Source of the DNA: Longimicrobiales bacterium
Lineage (GTDB): Bacteria; Gemmatimonadota; Gemmatimonadetes; Longimicrobiales; Gaopeijiaceae
Assembly (NCBI GenBank): GCA_965116905.1
Contig: OZ220732.1
Location: forward strand, 256,001 to 320,000
DNA: 64,000 bases
Direction of reading: 5' to 3'
Shown here: one piece after another, positions 37,010-45,395 of the stretch
Layout: each line of letters starts with the position of its first letter
Position numbering within the stretch: position 1 is the stretch's first letter
Notes under the pieces: model-generated
Database searches by the model: none
What the model saw: the letters and a program-made list of their open reading frames with translations, nothing else
What the model was told of the DNA's origin: nothing
Program-made: the position numbers and the translations under genes

Positions 37010-39043
37010 ATGGCCAGGTCCACCACATCAGGACTGCTGCTCCTTGCCCTCGTCTCCCTCGCGATACCCGCGGGCCTGTCCGCCCAGAACGAACCGGACG
37101 GCACGCTCAAGCTCGAGACCTATCTCGACTGGGAATGGGTGGCCGACCCCCGGATCTCTCCGGACGGCAGCCAGATCATCTACACGCAGAGCTGGGTGGA
37201 CAAGCAGAACGACCGCCGCAGTTCGTCGATCTACATCATGGACGCGGACGGGGAGCGGAGGCGCCGGCTCGTGGAGGACGGCTCCTCGCCGAAGTGGTCG
37301 CCCTCCGGTGACCGGATCCTGTTTACCGCCGAGGGCGAACCCGAGGGGACCCAGATCTTCGTCCGCTACATGGACGCGGAAGGGGCCGTGACGCAGGTCA
37401 CGCATCTCGAGAACAGCCCCGGCAGCGTCGAGTGGTCTCCCGACGGAACGCAGATCGCCTTTACGATGTCGGTGGATTCGGACAACCCATGGCCGATCAG
37501 CCTGCCCGGACGGCCCGACGGCGCCAGCTGGACCGAGGCGCCGAAGGTGGTCGACCGGCTGGTCTACCGGCGCGACAGGCGCGGCTACATCGACGAGGGC
37601 TACTCCCACCTCTTCGTCGTGCCGGCCGACGGCGGCACCGCCCGCCAGCTCACCGACGGCGACTGGAATCACAACGGGGTGGCGTGGACCCCCGACGGGG
37701 CGGAAATCCTCTTCACCTCGCTCCGTGTCGAGGACGCCGACCACGAATGGCGCCAGTCCGACATCTATTCGGTGGCGGTGGCCAGCGGCGCCATCACCCG
37801 CCTGACCGATCGGTCGGGTCCCGACGGGTCACCCGTGCCCTCGCCCGACGGCAGCCTCATCGTCTATACCGGCAACGACCTGACCACCGATACCTACATC
37901 ACGCGCAAGATCTACGTCATGAACCGCGACGGTTCGAATTCGCGCATGATCAGCGACGGGTTCGACCGGCAGGCCTCGGGCATGATCTGGGCCCCGGACA
38001 ACAGCGGCGTGTACATGACCGTGAGGAGCGAGGGGACCAGCAACCTCCACTTCGCGTCCGTCGACGGAGGCGTCAGGCAGGTCACGGAAGGCAATCACAT
38101 GCTGAGCGTGGCGTCGGTCGCGGCGGGGATGGCCGTGGGGACGCTCTCCGACTATCACCAGCCCGGTGACGTCGTGGCGTTCGCCCTCGACAGCCCGGAC
38201 GAAGTCACCCGGCTGACCGACGTGAACTCGGATGTCCTGGCCGGAGTGACGCTGGGCGACGTCGAGGAAGTGTGGTACAAGTCGGTCGAGGACTACGACA
38301 TCCAGGGGTGGATCATCAAGCCGCCCGACTTCGACCCGTCGAACGAATACCCCCTCATCCTCGCGATCCACGGCGGGCCGCACGGCATGTACAACGTGGG
38401 ATTCAACTTCGGCTGGCAGAACCACGCCGCCAACGGGTACGTGGTGCTCTACACCAACCCCCGCGGCTCATCGGGCTATGGCAGCGCCTTCGGCAACTCG
38501 ATCAAGAACGCTTATCCCGGCAAGGACTTCGACGACCTGATGGCGGGCGTCGACCTCGTCGTCGAGCGGGGCTACATCGACGAGCAGAACATGTTCGTGT
38601 ACGGCTGCTCCGGCGGTGGCGTGCTGACCTCGTGGGTCGTCGGTCACACGGACCGCTTCGCGGCGGCCTCGGCGAACTGCCCGGTCACGAACTGGCTGTC
38701 CTTCGTCGGCACCACCGACGGCGCCAGCTGGTACCGCAACTTCGAGCACTTCCCGTGGGATGACCCGTCCGAGCATCTGCGCCGTTCGCCGCTCATGTAC
38801 GTGGGCAACGTCACCACGCCCACCATGCTCATGACCGGTGAGGGCGATCTCCGGACCCCGATGCCCCAGACGGAGGAGTACTACCAGGCGCTCAGGGTCC
38901 TGAAGGTCCCCACCGCGATGATCCGCTTCAAGAACGAGTGGCACGGCACGAGCTCGATGCCTTCGAACTTCCTGCGCACGCACATCTACCTGCGCGAGTG
39001 GTTCGAGAAGCACCGCAGGGGAGGACGCGTAACCGACCAGTAG
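37010..39043 (+). CDS. S9 family peptidase (acylaminoacyl/dipeptidyl peptidase) with beta-propeller
   Basis: Signal peptide, WSPDG repeats, IHGGPH, NPRGSSGYG, GCSGGG nucleophile, D-L-R, EWHG. Confidence 0.95.
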   Translation: MARSTTSGLLLLALVSLAIPAGLSAQNEPDGTLKLETYLDWEWVADPRISPDGSQIIYTQSWVDKQNDRRSSSIYIMDADGERRRRLVEDGSSPKWSPSGDRILFTAEGEPEGTQIFVRYMDAEGAVTQVTHLENSPGSVEWSPDGTQIAFTMSVDSDNPWPISLPGRPDGASWTEAPKVVDRLVYRRDRRGYIDEGYSHLFVVPADGGTARQLTDGDWNHNGVAWTPDGAEILFTSLRVEDADHEWRQSDIYSVAVASGAITRLTDRSGPDGSPVPSPDGSLIVYTGNDLTTDTYITRKIYVMNRDGSNSRMISDGFDRQASGMIWAPDNSGVYMTVRSEGTSNLHFASVDGGVRQVTEGNHMLSVASVAAGMAVGTLSDYHQPGDVVAFALDSPDEVTRLTDVNSDVLAGVTLGDVEEVWYKSVEDYDIQGWIIKPPDFDPSNEYPLILAIHGGPHGMYNVGFNFGWQNHAANGYVVLYTNPRGSSGYGSAFGNSIKNAYPGKDFDDLMAGVDLVVERGYIDEQNMFVYGCSGGGVLTSWVVGHTDRFAAASANCPVTNWLSFVGTTDGASWYRNFEHFPWDDPSEHLRRSPLMYVGNVTTPTMLMTGEGDLRTPMPQTEEYYQALRVLKVPTAMIRFKNEWHGTSSMPSNFLRTHIYLREWFEKHRRGGRVTDQ

Positions 39044-39074
39044 CCTGCGGGTCGCCCTGGCGGGCCTGCCGGGC

Positions 39075-39479
39075 CTACCGGGCCGCGTAGATTCCCAGCC
39101 TGAGCGGCGGGTCGACCCACCAGTGGAAATGGAAGCGGTTCTCGCCTTCGACGATTACCGCTTCGCGCCGTTCCCGCGTCTTGGGCCAGTCGTCGCGCCC
39201 GTTGTGGACGACCAGGACCTGTCCGGGCTCCAGGCGCGCGACCCATTGCGCGAGCGCCTGCTCCAGGTTGCGCAACAGGTCCCTCTCCGCGTGCCGCTGC
39301 ACCTCGGCGTCGGCCTCGGCTCCGACTTCGCCCGTCTCCAATTCCTCGTAGCGGGCATCGAAATCGGCGGCGGGCACCGAAAACGCACGGTCGCGCATGA
39401 AGCCGATCTCGTTGATCGCGGTCGGGTTGAAGTTCGTTTCGACGCTGTGGTAGGCGTTGCCGTATCGCCGCAGAATCAT
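39075..39479 (-). CDS. Hypothetical protein, 134 aa
   Basis: ATGA-coupled to the helicase stop; globular composition. Confidence 0.75.
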   Translation of the reverse strand: MILRRYGNAYHSVETNFNPTAINEIGFMRDRAFSVPAADFDARYEELETGEVGAEADAEVQRHAERDLLRNLEQALAQWVARLEPGQVLVVHNGRDDWPKTRERREAVIVEGENRFHFHWWVDPPLRLGIYAAR

Positions 39480-40747
39480 CGTTTACGTCCTGGTGTGTCA
39501 TGACTTAGAAGCGCGGCCAGTTCCTCGGGCTCCAGACGCTTGCCCGCCTTGCTGCCCATGCCGCGTCCCGACCGTGAGCGCCTGCGCGCGGGCTCCTTCC
39601 GCTCCATCGCCTCCCCGCCCGCGAAGTCGAAGTCGGGGTGGTGCACCTTGTCGAGTCTGCGCTCGAGCTGGTGCTCCAGCGTACGGAACGCCCCCAGGTC
39701 CGCCGCCGTGACGAACGTGACGGCCTCGCCGGTCGCGCCCGCCCTGCCCGTGCGCCCGGTTCGGTGCACATAGTCGCCGGGGTCCAGGGGGACATCGTAG
39801 TTCACCACGTGCGAGATCCCCTCGATATCGAGCCCGCGCTGCGCGATGTCGGTGGCGACCAGAACCCGGACCTCGCCCGCCGTGAAGCGGTCGATCGCGC
39901 GGGTGCGGTGGCGCATGTGCCGGTCCGAGTGGATCACGTCGGAGGAGATCCGGGCGCCGTCCAGCCGCGATTTCAGCGTGTCCGCGCCGATCTTCGTCCG
40001 GGTGAAGACGAGCACCTGTTCCCAGCCGGGCTGGCCGAGCAGGTGAATCAGGAGGTCGGGCTTCCTGTCGGGCCGAACCGAATAGGCGATTTCGGAGATA
40101 CCCTGGGCCAGCGTGCCGGAAGGGGTCACCTCGACCCATGCGGGATCCCTGGTCATGCGCAGCGCCAGGTCGTGGACAGCGTTGGGCATGGTCGCCGAGA
40201 AGAGCAGGGTCTGTGGCCGCTTGCCCAGACCGCGCACCACGTCCTCGATCTGGGGACGGAATCCCATGTCGAGCATGCGGTCGGCCTCGTCCAGGATCAG
40301 GAACCGCACGCTCTTCAGCTTCGCCGTCCCACGATTCTGCAGGTCGATCAGCCGGCCGGGCGTGGCGACGATGACTTCATGCCCGCCCTTGAACGCCGCC
40401 ACCTGGGGACCATAGGAAACGCCCCCGCATACCACCGTTGCGCGCACGCCCGTGCCCAGAGCCAGCGCGTCCGTGTCGTCGCAGACCTGCTGCGCCAACT
40501 CCCGTGTGGGGCACAGGACCAGCACCTGAAGTCCCCCACCCTCCTCCAGCCGCTCCAGCGCGGGAAGCATGAACGCACCGGTCTTTCCGGTGCCGGTGCG
40601 GGCGATGCCAACGACGTCCCTGCCCGTCATGACCAGGGGGATCGCCTGCCGCTGGATGGAAGTCGGCTGCGTCCAGCCCTGAGCTTCCACCGCGGCCAGG
40701 CGCGTTTCCGAAAGGCCGAAGCCCGAGAATTCTGTTGATTCGGTCAA
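39476..40747 (-). CDS. DEAD/DEAH-box RNA helicase (RhlE-like)
   Basis: Q motif, ARTGTGKT, PTRELA, TPGRL, DEAD, SAT, QRGLD, HRTGRTGR all intact; TTG start inferred. Confidence 0.95.
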   Translation of the reverse strand: MTESTEFSGFGLSETRLAAVEAQGWTQPTSIQRQAIPLVMTGRDVVGIARTGTGKTGAFMLPALERLEEGGGLQVLVLCPTRELAQQVCDDTDALALGTGVRATVVCGGVSYGPQVAAFKGGHEVIVATPGRLIDLQNRGTAKLKSVRFLILDEADRMLDMGFRPQIEDVVRGLGKRPQTLLFSATMPNAVHDLALRMTRDPAWVEVTPSGTLAQGISEIAYSVRPDRKPDLLIHLLGQPGWEQVLVFTRTKIGADTLKSRLDGARISSDVIHSDRHMRHRTRAIDRFTAGEVRVLVATDIAQRGLDIEGISHVVNYDVPLDPGDYVHRTGRTGRAGATGEAVTFVTAADLGAFRTLEHQLERRLDKVHHPDFDFAGGEAMERKEPARRRSRSGRGMGSKAGKRLEPEELAALLSHDTPGRKR

Positions 40748-40809
40748 ATGCTGTTTCTTGGTGGAGGGATCCGCCCCATGCGCTGCGGTCCCCCGTTTGA
40801 AGAGGTCCG

Positions 40810-40852
40810 CCACGCGTTTTGGTCCCCGACCACGCGTTTCGGTCCCCGACCA
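40810..40852. repeat. 20-bp tandem repeat x2
   Basis: ccacgcgttt(t/c)ggtccccga x2. Confidence 0.85.
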
Positions 40853-40869
40853 ATGTAATACCTTCAGGA

Positions 40870-41466
40870 ATGTCCGACTCGACAACCGGCTCCAGGACCT
40901 CGGTCCTGTTCGTCTGCCTCGGCAACATATGCCGCTCGCCGCTGGCCGAGGGAATCTTCAGCCACCAGGCGGAGATACGCGGGTTGGCCGACCGCTTCGA
41001 GGTGGACTCCGCCGGCACGGGCGCCTACCACGCCGGCGAGCCTCCCGACTCCCGTTCCGTCGCCGTGGCGGCGTCTCACGGCGTGCGGCTGTTCGGGACC
41101 GCCCGTCAGGTCGCCATGGACGACTTCGAACGATTCGATCTGATCGTGGCGATGGACAGGAGCAACCAGCGCTCGCTGGAAGGGCTGCGCGAGGGCGGAG
41201 CGCAGTGGGACCACAGGCGTCGGCGTCGTCAGCGGCGTCGTCGTCGGCAGCACCGTGGCGGCGGTGAAGGACGAGCCGGGCCGCAGGGAGACCGGGATCG
41301 GGCCCGCATCGTCATGATGCGCGACTACGACCACGACCCCGGCGGCGGCGATCCGGATGTGCCCGACCCCTACTATGGGGGACCCGGAGGCTTCGAAGAG
41401 GTCTATCACATTCTGGAGCGAGCCTGCGCCGCGCTACTCGACGAACTGGCCGGCCCGAACCGCTGA
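40870..41466 (+). CDS. Low-molecular-weight protein tyrosine phosphatase with Arg-rich insertion
   Basis: VCLGNICRSP, DSAGT, AMD, DVPDPYYG. Confidence 0.93.
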   Translation: MSDSTTGSRTSVLFVCLGNICRSPLAEGIFSHQAEIRGLADRFEVDSAGTGAYHAGEPPDSRSVAVAASHGVRLFGTARQVAMDDFERFDLIVAMDRSNQRSLEGLREGGAQWDHRRRRRQRRRRRQHRGGGEGRAGPQGDRDRARIVMMRDYDHDPGGGDPDVPDPYYGGPGGFEEVYHILERACAALLDELAGPNR

Positions 41467-41479
41467 GGGTGTGGCGGGG

Positions 41480-42448
41480 GTGATCGAGGCCGTACTCGAA
41501 AGCGCCTGCCGGGGCGCGGGTCTGGACCGGTCGTCGGTGGAGTCCGCGCGGCCCATCGGTGGGGGATGCATCAGCAACGCGCTGAGGGTCCGCACAACCG
41601 GAGGCGACTACTGCCTCAAGTGGAATGCCGGGAACACCGGGGCCGGCCGGGATTTCTTCCGGATCGAGGCGGAGGGCCTGTCGGCGCTGGGAGACGCCGG
41701 GGCGGTCGACGTCCCGCGTGTCATCGCTGTCGGCGGTGACGACGACGAAGTCCCCTGGCTGCTTCTGGAGTGGATCGAGGAGGCAGCCGCGACCGGAGAC
41801 AACTGGCGGCGATTGGGGCATGGACTGGCTCGGTTGCACCGCACGCGCCGGCTCCCGCCGCCGGGACCGGCCTCGCCCGGCTTCGGCTGGCACCGCGACA
41901 ACGTCATCGGCTCACTGCCACAGCCGAACCGCTGGACGGACGAATGGCCGGCATTCTGGACCGAACTGCGCATCCTGACGCTGGCCCGGGAGCTGGGGGC
42001 GAACGGAACACTGTCGCGGAGCCGGCTCGCCCTGGTGGAACGGGCCGCGGCCCGGATGAGCAAGCTTCTTGGCCCCGCGGCCACCGTGGACGGGCCCTCC
42101 TTGCTGCACGGCGACTTCTGGTCCGGCAATGTCCTGTTCGGCCGGAGGCGGACGGCGCCGGATACGGATCCCCGGCCGTTCCTGATCGACCCGGCCGTCT
42201 ACATCGGTCACCGGGAGGTGGACCTCGCCATGTGCCGGCTGTTCGGCGGGTTCGCCGCGCCATTCCATGACGCCTACCACGCCGCCTGGCCACTGCAGCC
42301 GGATCACGAACGCCGCCTGCCGGCCTACCAGCTCTACCCTCTCCTCGTGCATGCGCGCCTTTTCGGCGGCGGGTACGTGGCGTCGGTCGCCAGGGCCGCC
42401 CAGGCCGTGATCGACGCCTCCAGCCGGGCCGGGCGGCTTCCCGGCTAG
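41480..42448 (+). CDS. Fructosamine/ribulosamine kinase family
   Basis: IGGGCIS, EAEGL, FGWHRDNVIG, LLHGDFWSGN, IDPAVYIGHREVDLAM. Confidence 0.93.
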   Translation: MIEAVLESACRGAGLDRSSVESARPIGGGCISNALRVRTTGGDYCLKWNAGNTGAGRDFFRIEAEGLSALGDAGAVDVPRVIAVGGDDDEVPWLLLEWIEEAAATGDNWRRLGHGLARLHRTRRLPPPGPASPGFGWHRDNVIGSLPQPNRWTDEWPAFWTELRILTLARELGANGTLSRSRLALVERAAARMSKLLGPAATVDGPSLLHGDFWSGNVLFGRRRTAPDTDPRPFLIDPAVYIGHREVDLAMCRLFGGFAAPFHDAYHAAWPLQPDHERRLPAYQLYPLLVHARLFGGGYVASVARAAQAVIDASSRAGRLPG

Positions 42449-43146
42449 CGCCGCACTGCGAGCAGCAGGCCGTCGCCGACGGGCAGGATCGTGGCGTCGA
42501 ACCGGTCGTCCGCCGAAACCACGCGGTTGAAGCGGTCCAGCTCGGCCGCCAGGTCGTTGGAGTCGGGGTCGAGCACCCTGCCCGCCCAGAACGCGTTGTC
42601 CGCCATGAGCAGCCCGCCGGGCCGCAGCAGTCCCGCCGCCATTTCCAGGTACGTGGTGTAGCGCTCCTTGTCGGCGTCCAGGAAGACCACATCGAACGAG
42701 CCGTCGGGTCCCAGCTCGGACATCACCGCCACCGCGTCCCCCAGGCGGATGTCGACCCTGTCGCTCACGCCCGCCGCCGCGACCGATTCGCGCGCGACCG
42801 CGGCGTGGTCGGCATTGATCTCGATCGTGATCAAGCGGCCTTGCGGGGGAAGCGCCCGCGCGATCCAGACCGCCGAGTAACCCGCCAGGGTGCCCACCTC
42901 CAGCACGCGGCGCGCGCCGGCCGCCCGGACCAGCACCTGAACCGCGCGCGCGGTGGCGGGCGGGAGCTGGATCCGGGGCATCCCCGCCCTGTCCGCGCGG
43001 CGACGTATCTCGCGCAGCACGGCGTCTTCGCCCGAAAAGTGGCGCTGGACGTACCGATCGAGCGCGTCGTGATCCAGCTCCGAGGGGTCCGGCGCGCCCG
43101 ACGGGACGCGTTCGGCCGGCCGCGCCGAATCGCCCTGCCCGCTCAC
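42445..43146 (-). CDS. O-methyltransferase (caffeoyl-CoA OMT-like)
   Basis: VLEVGTLAGYS, FLDADKE, ADN, PVGDG. Confidence 0.92.
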   Translation of the reverse strand: MSGQGDSARPAERVPSGAPDPSELDHDALDRYVQRHFSGEDAVLREIRRRADRAGMPRIQLPPATARAVQVLVRAAGARRVLEVGTLAGYSAVWIARALPPQGRLITIEINADHAAVARESVAAAGVSDRVDIRLGDAVAVMSELGPDGSFDVVFLDADKERYTTYLEMAAGLLRPGGLLMADNAFWAGRVLDPDSNDLAAELDRFNRVVSADDRFDATILPVGDGLLLAVRR

Positions 43147-44333
43147 CGCCGCGACAGCACCCGCGCCATGCGCCGCACGCCCTCCTCGATCTCCTCGTCC
43201 GAAGACGCCGTGCTCATGCGTGCGTACCGCGCGTCACCGAACGCCTCGCCCGGCACGATGGCCACGCCCGCCTCCTCCAGGACGCGGGTGCACACGTCGC
43301 CGGCGCACGTCACCTCCCCATTGAAGAGCCCGTCCACGCGGAAATACAGGTAGAATGCGCCGCCCGGGAGGACATACGAACATCCCGGGAGGAGGTCGTC
43401 GAAGAGGCGCGCCACCAGGTCACGGCGGCGGCGGAACGCGGCCACCATGCGGTCCCGGTCGCGCACGCCCTCATCGCCCCGCGTCAGGCCCTTGAGCGCG
43501 GCGATCTGCGACGGCGTGGCCGCGTTCAGCGACACGTGGCTCTGCAGCGCGGACATCCTGGCCGCCAGTTCGCGGGTCGTGTACGAGAAGCCCACCCGCC
43601 ACCCCGTCATGGCGAAGGCCTTCGACATGCCGTTCGTCACGACCAGGTCACCCACGCGGTCGGGGTCCAGGTCGAGCGCGCCCGGGGCCTTCGCGCCGTC
43701 GCCGTAGTAGATCTCCTGGTAGATCTCGTCGGAGATCAGCGTGATGCCGCGCGCGCCCGCCCACTCCGCGATCGCGGCCAGCTCCGACTTCGAATAGACG
43801 GCTCCGGTCGGGTTCGAGGGCGTGGACAGGATCAGTCCCCTGGCGTTCGCGGTGGCGGCCGCTTCCAGGTCGTCGGGCGTGAGCAGGAAGTCGCGCTTCT
43901 CGCTGCCCATCACGGGCACCGAGTCGGCCCTGGCCAGCGTCACCATTTCGGGATAGGAGGTCCAGTACGGCGAGCCGATGAGCACGTCGTCGCCCGGCCC
44001 GAAGAGGCAGAAGCACGCGTTGAACAGCGACTGCTTCGCCCCCGCCGAGATCACCACGCGCGCCGGATCGGCCGGGTAGTCCGTGCCGGCGGTCATGTAC
44101 TCGGCCGCGGCAGCTCGCAACTCCGGCAGACCCGCCGCTGGAGTGTAGCGCGTGCGTCCCTGGCGAATGCCCTCGATCCCCGCCCCGGCAACCGGCTCCG
44201 GCGTGTGAAAGTCGGGCTCGCCCGCGCTCAGGTTGATGATGTCCCGCCCCTCGGCCGCCAGCTTCTTCGCCAGCGTGCTGACGGCAACGGTAGCGGAGGG
44301 CCGCAGCTTCGCAATGTTTTCGGAATAGGTCAT
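43143..44333 (-). CDS. PLP-dependent class I/II aminotransferase (AspC-like)
   Basis: SAGEPDF, PSNPTG, SDEIY, SKAFAMTGWRVG. Confidence 0.95.
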   Translation of the reverse strand: MTYSENIAKLRPSATVAVSTLAKKLAAEGRDIINLSAGEPDFHTPEPVAGAGIEGIRQGRTRYTPAAGLPELRAAAAEYMTAGTDYPADPARVVISAGAKQSLFNACFCLFGPGDDVLIGSPYWTSYPEMVTLARADSVPVMGSEKRDFLLTPDDLEAAATANARGLILSTPSNPTGAVYSKSELAAIAEWAGARGITLISDEIYQEIYYGDGAKAPGALDLDPDRVGDLVVTNGMSKAFAMTGWRVGFSYTTRELAARMSALQSHVSLNAATPSQIAALKGLTRGDEGVRDRDRMVAAFRRRRDLVARLFDDLLPGCSYVLPGGAFYLYFRVDGLFNGEVTCAGDVCTRVLEEAGVAIVPGEAFGDARYARMSTASSDEEIEEGVRRMARVLSRR

Positions 44334-44365
44334 GGGTTAGTCTTAGAGGTAGTGAATTCCCACCC

Positions 44366-44409
44366 GCGCACGTCCGACGAATCGCCTGCGCACGTCCGAC
44401 AATCGGCAC
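44366..44409. repeat. 22-bp tandem repeat x2
   Basis: gcgcacgtccgac(g)aatcg x2 in a divergent intergenic region. Confidence 0.8.
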
Positions 44410-44457
44410 AGCCCGGTGCGTTGGCAACCCCGAACACGCTGATCCCCGCTCCGGCAC

Positions 44458-45078
44458 ATGGCCACGCCGATGCCCGTCTTTTTCTTCGACTTCACGGATC
44501 CCGGATCCTACCTCGCCAGCCATCTCCTGCACGAGGCCGGCGTCGCCGAACGCTGCGAATGGCGCGGTCTCGAGCTGCGCCCCCCGCCCCGCGCACTCGT
44601 CGATCCGGCGGACCCCGATTGGCGGTCCTACCATGCGCTGATCGCCGACTGCGCGGGGAAGCGGGGCCTCCCGATGAACACGCCGAGCTTCGTTCCCTGG
44701 ACCCGCAAGGCGCACGAACTGGCCGAGTTCGCCCGCGAGCAGGATTGTTACCAGGCCGTGAAGATCGCACTTTTCGAGGCCCACTTTGTCGACCGCAGTG
44801 ACATTGGGCGGATAGATTTGCTGGTTGAAGTCGCGTCCGCGTCCGGGCTGGACCGCTCCGGCGCCAAGGCGACGCTGGATGTCGACCGCCTCGCCGCGGC
44901 GTTGTCGGCGCACCGCGAGCTTGCGAAGAACTGGAACGTGGCGGAGGTTCCGGCTCTCGTTCACGGCGCGTGGCGGATCGAGGGATTGAAGTCGCACGCG
45001 GACGTGTCGCGGTGGACGCGGCGCGTCGGGACCGGACGGTTTGCAGAGAGCGAACTGATTGCAGAGAAAGAGGAGTGA
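44458..45078 (+). CDS. DsbA/FrnE-like thioredoxin-fold protein lacking CxxC
   Basis: FFDFTDPGSY, ELRP, TRKAHEL, LFEAHF, VAEVPAL. Confidence 0.8.
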   Translation: MATPMPVFFFDFTDPGSYLASHLLHEAGVAERCEWRGLELRPPPRALVDPADPDWRSYHALIADCAGKRGLPMNTPSFVPWTRKAHELAEFAREQDCYQAVKIALFEAHFVDRSDIGRIDLLVEVASASGLDRSGAKATLDVDRLAAALSAHRELAKNWNVAEVPALVHGAWRIEGLKSHADVSRWTRRVGTGRFAESELIAEKEE

Positions 45079-45089
45079 CGGCCGACAAA

Positions 45090-45395
45090 ATGGCGGGATA
45101 CGAGCGCAAGACGGCACTGGCACCCGCGGAGGTGCTGAAAAAGGCTGAGGAACATCTGCCGGACTACATCGGTCTCCAGCGGTCCAAGGGCAGCTCCCAT
45201 GGAGCCACCTACACGGGCGAGGAGGGGACGGTCGTGCTGACCGCACACCGGCACGGTCCCTTCACCGAGGTCACCGCCCGCACCGACCGCCTGCGAACCT
45301 CGCGCATGGACTATGAGATCCAGCGCTTCCTGAACTGCCTGCCGTACGAATACGGCGACGCGGGCGGTCCCGGCTCGGGCGATCCGGACGGGTGA
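45090..45395 (+). CDS. Hypothetical protein, 101 aa
   Basis: In operon, AAGGAG upstream, GTGA coupling to the next gene. Confidence 0.7.
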   Translation: MAGYERKTALAPAEVLKKAEEHLPDYIGLQRSKGSSHGATYTGEEGTVVLTAHRHGPFTEVTARTDRLRTSRMDYEIQRFLNCLPYEYGDAGGPGSGDPDG

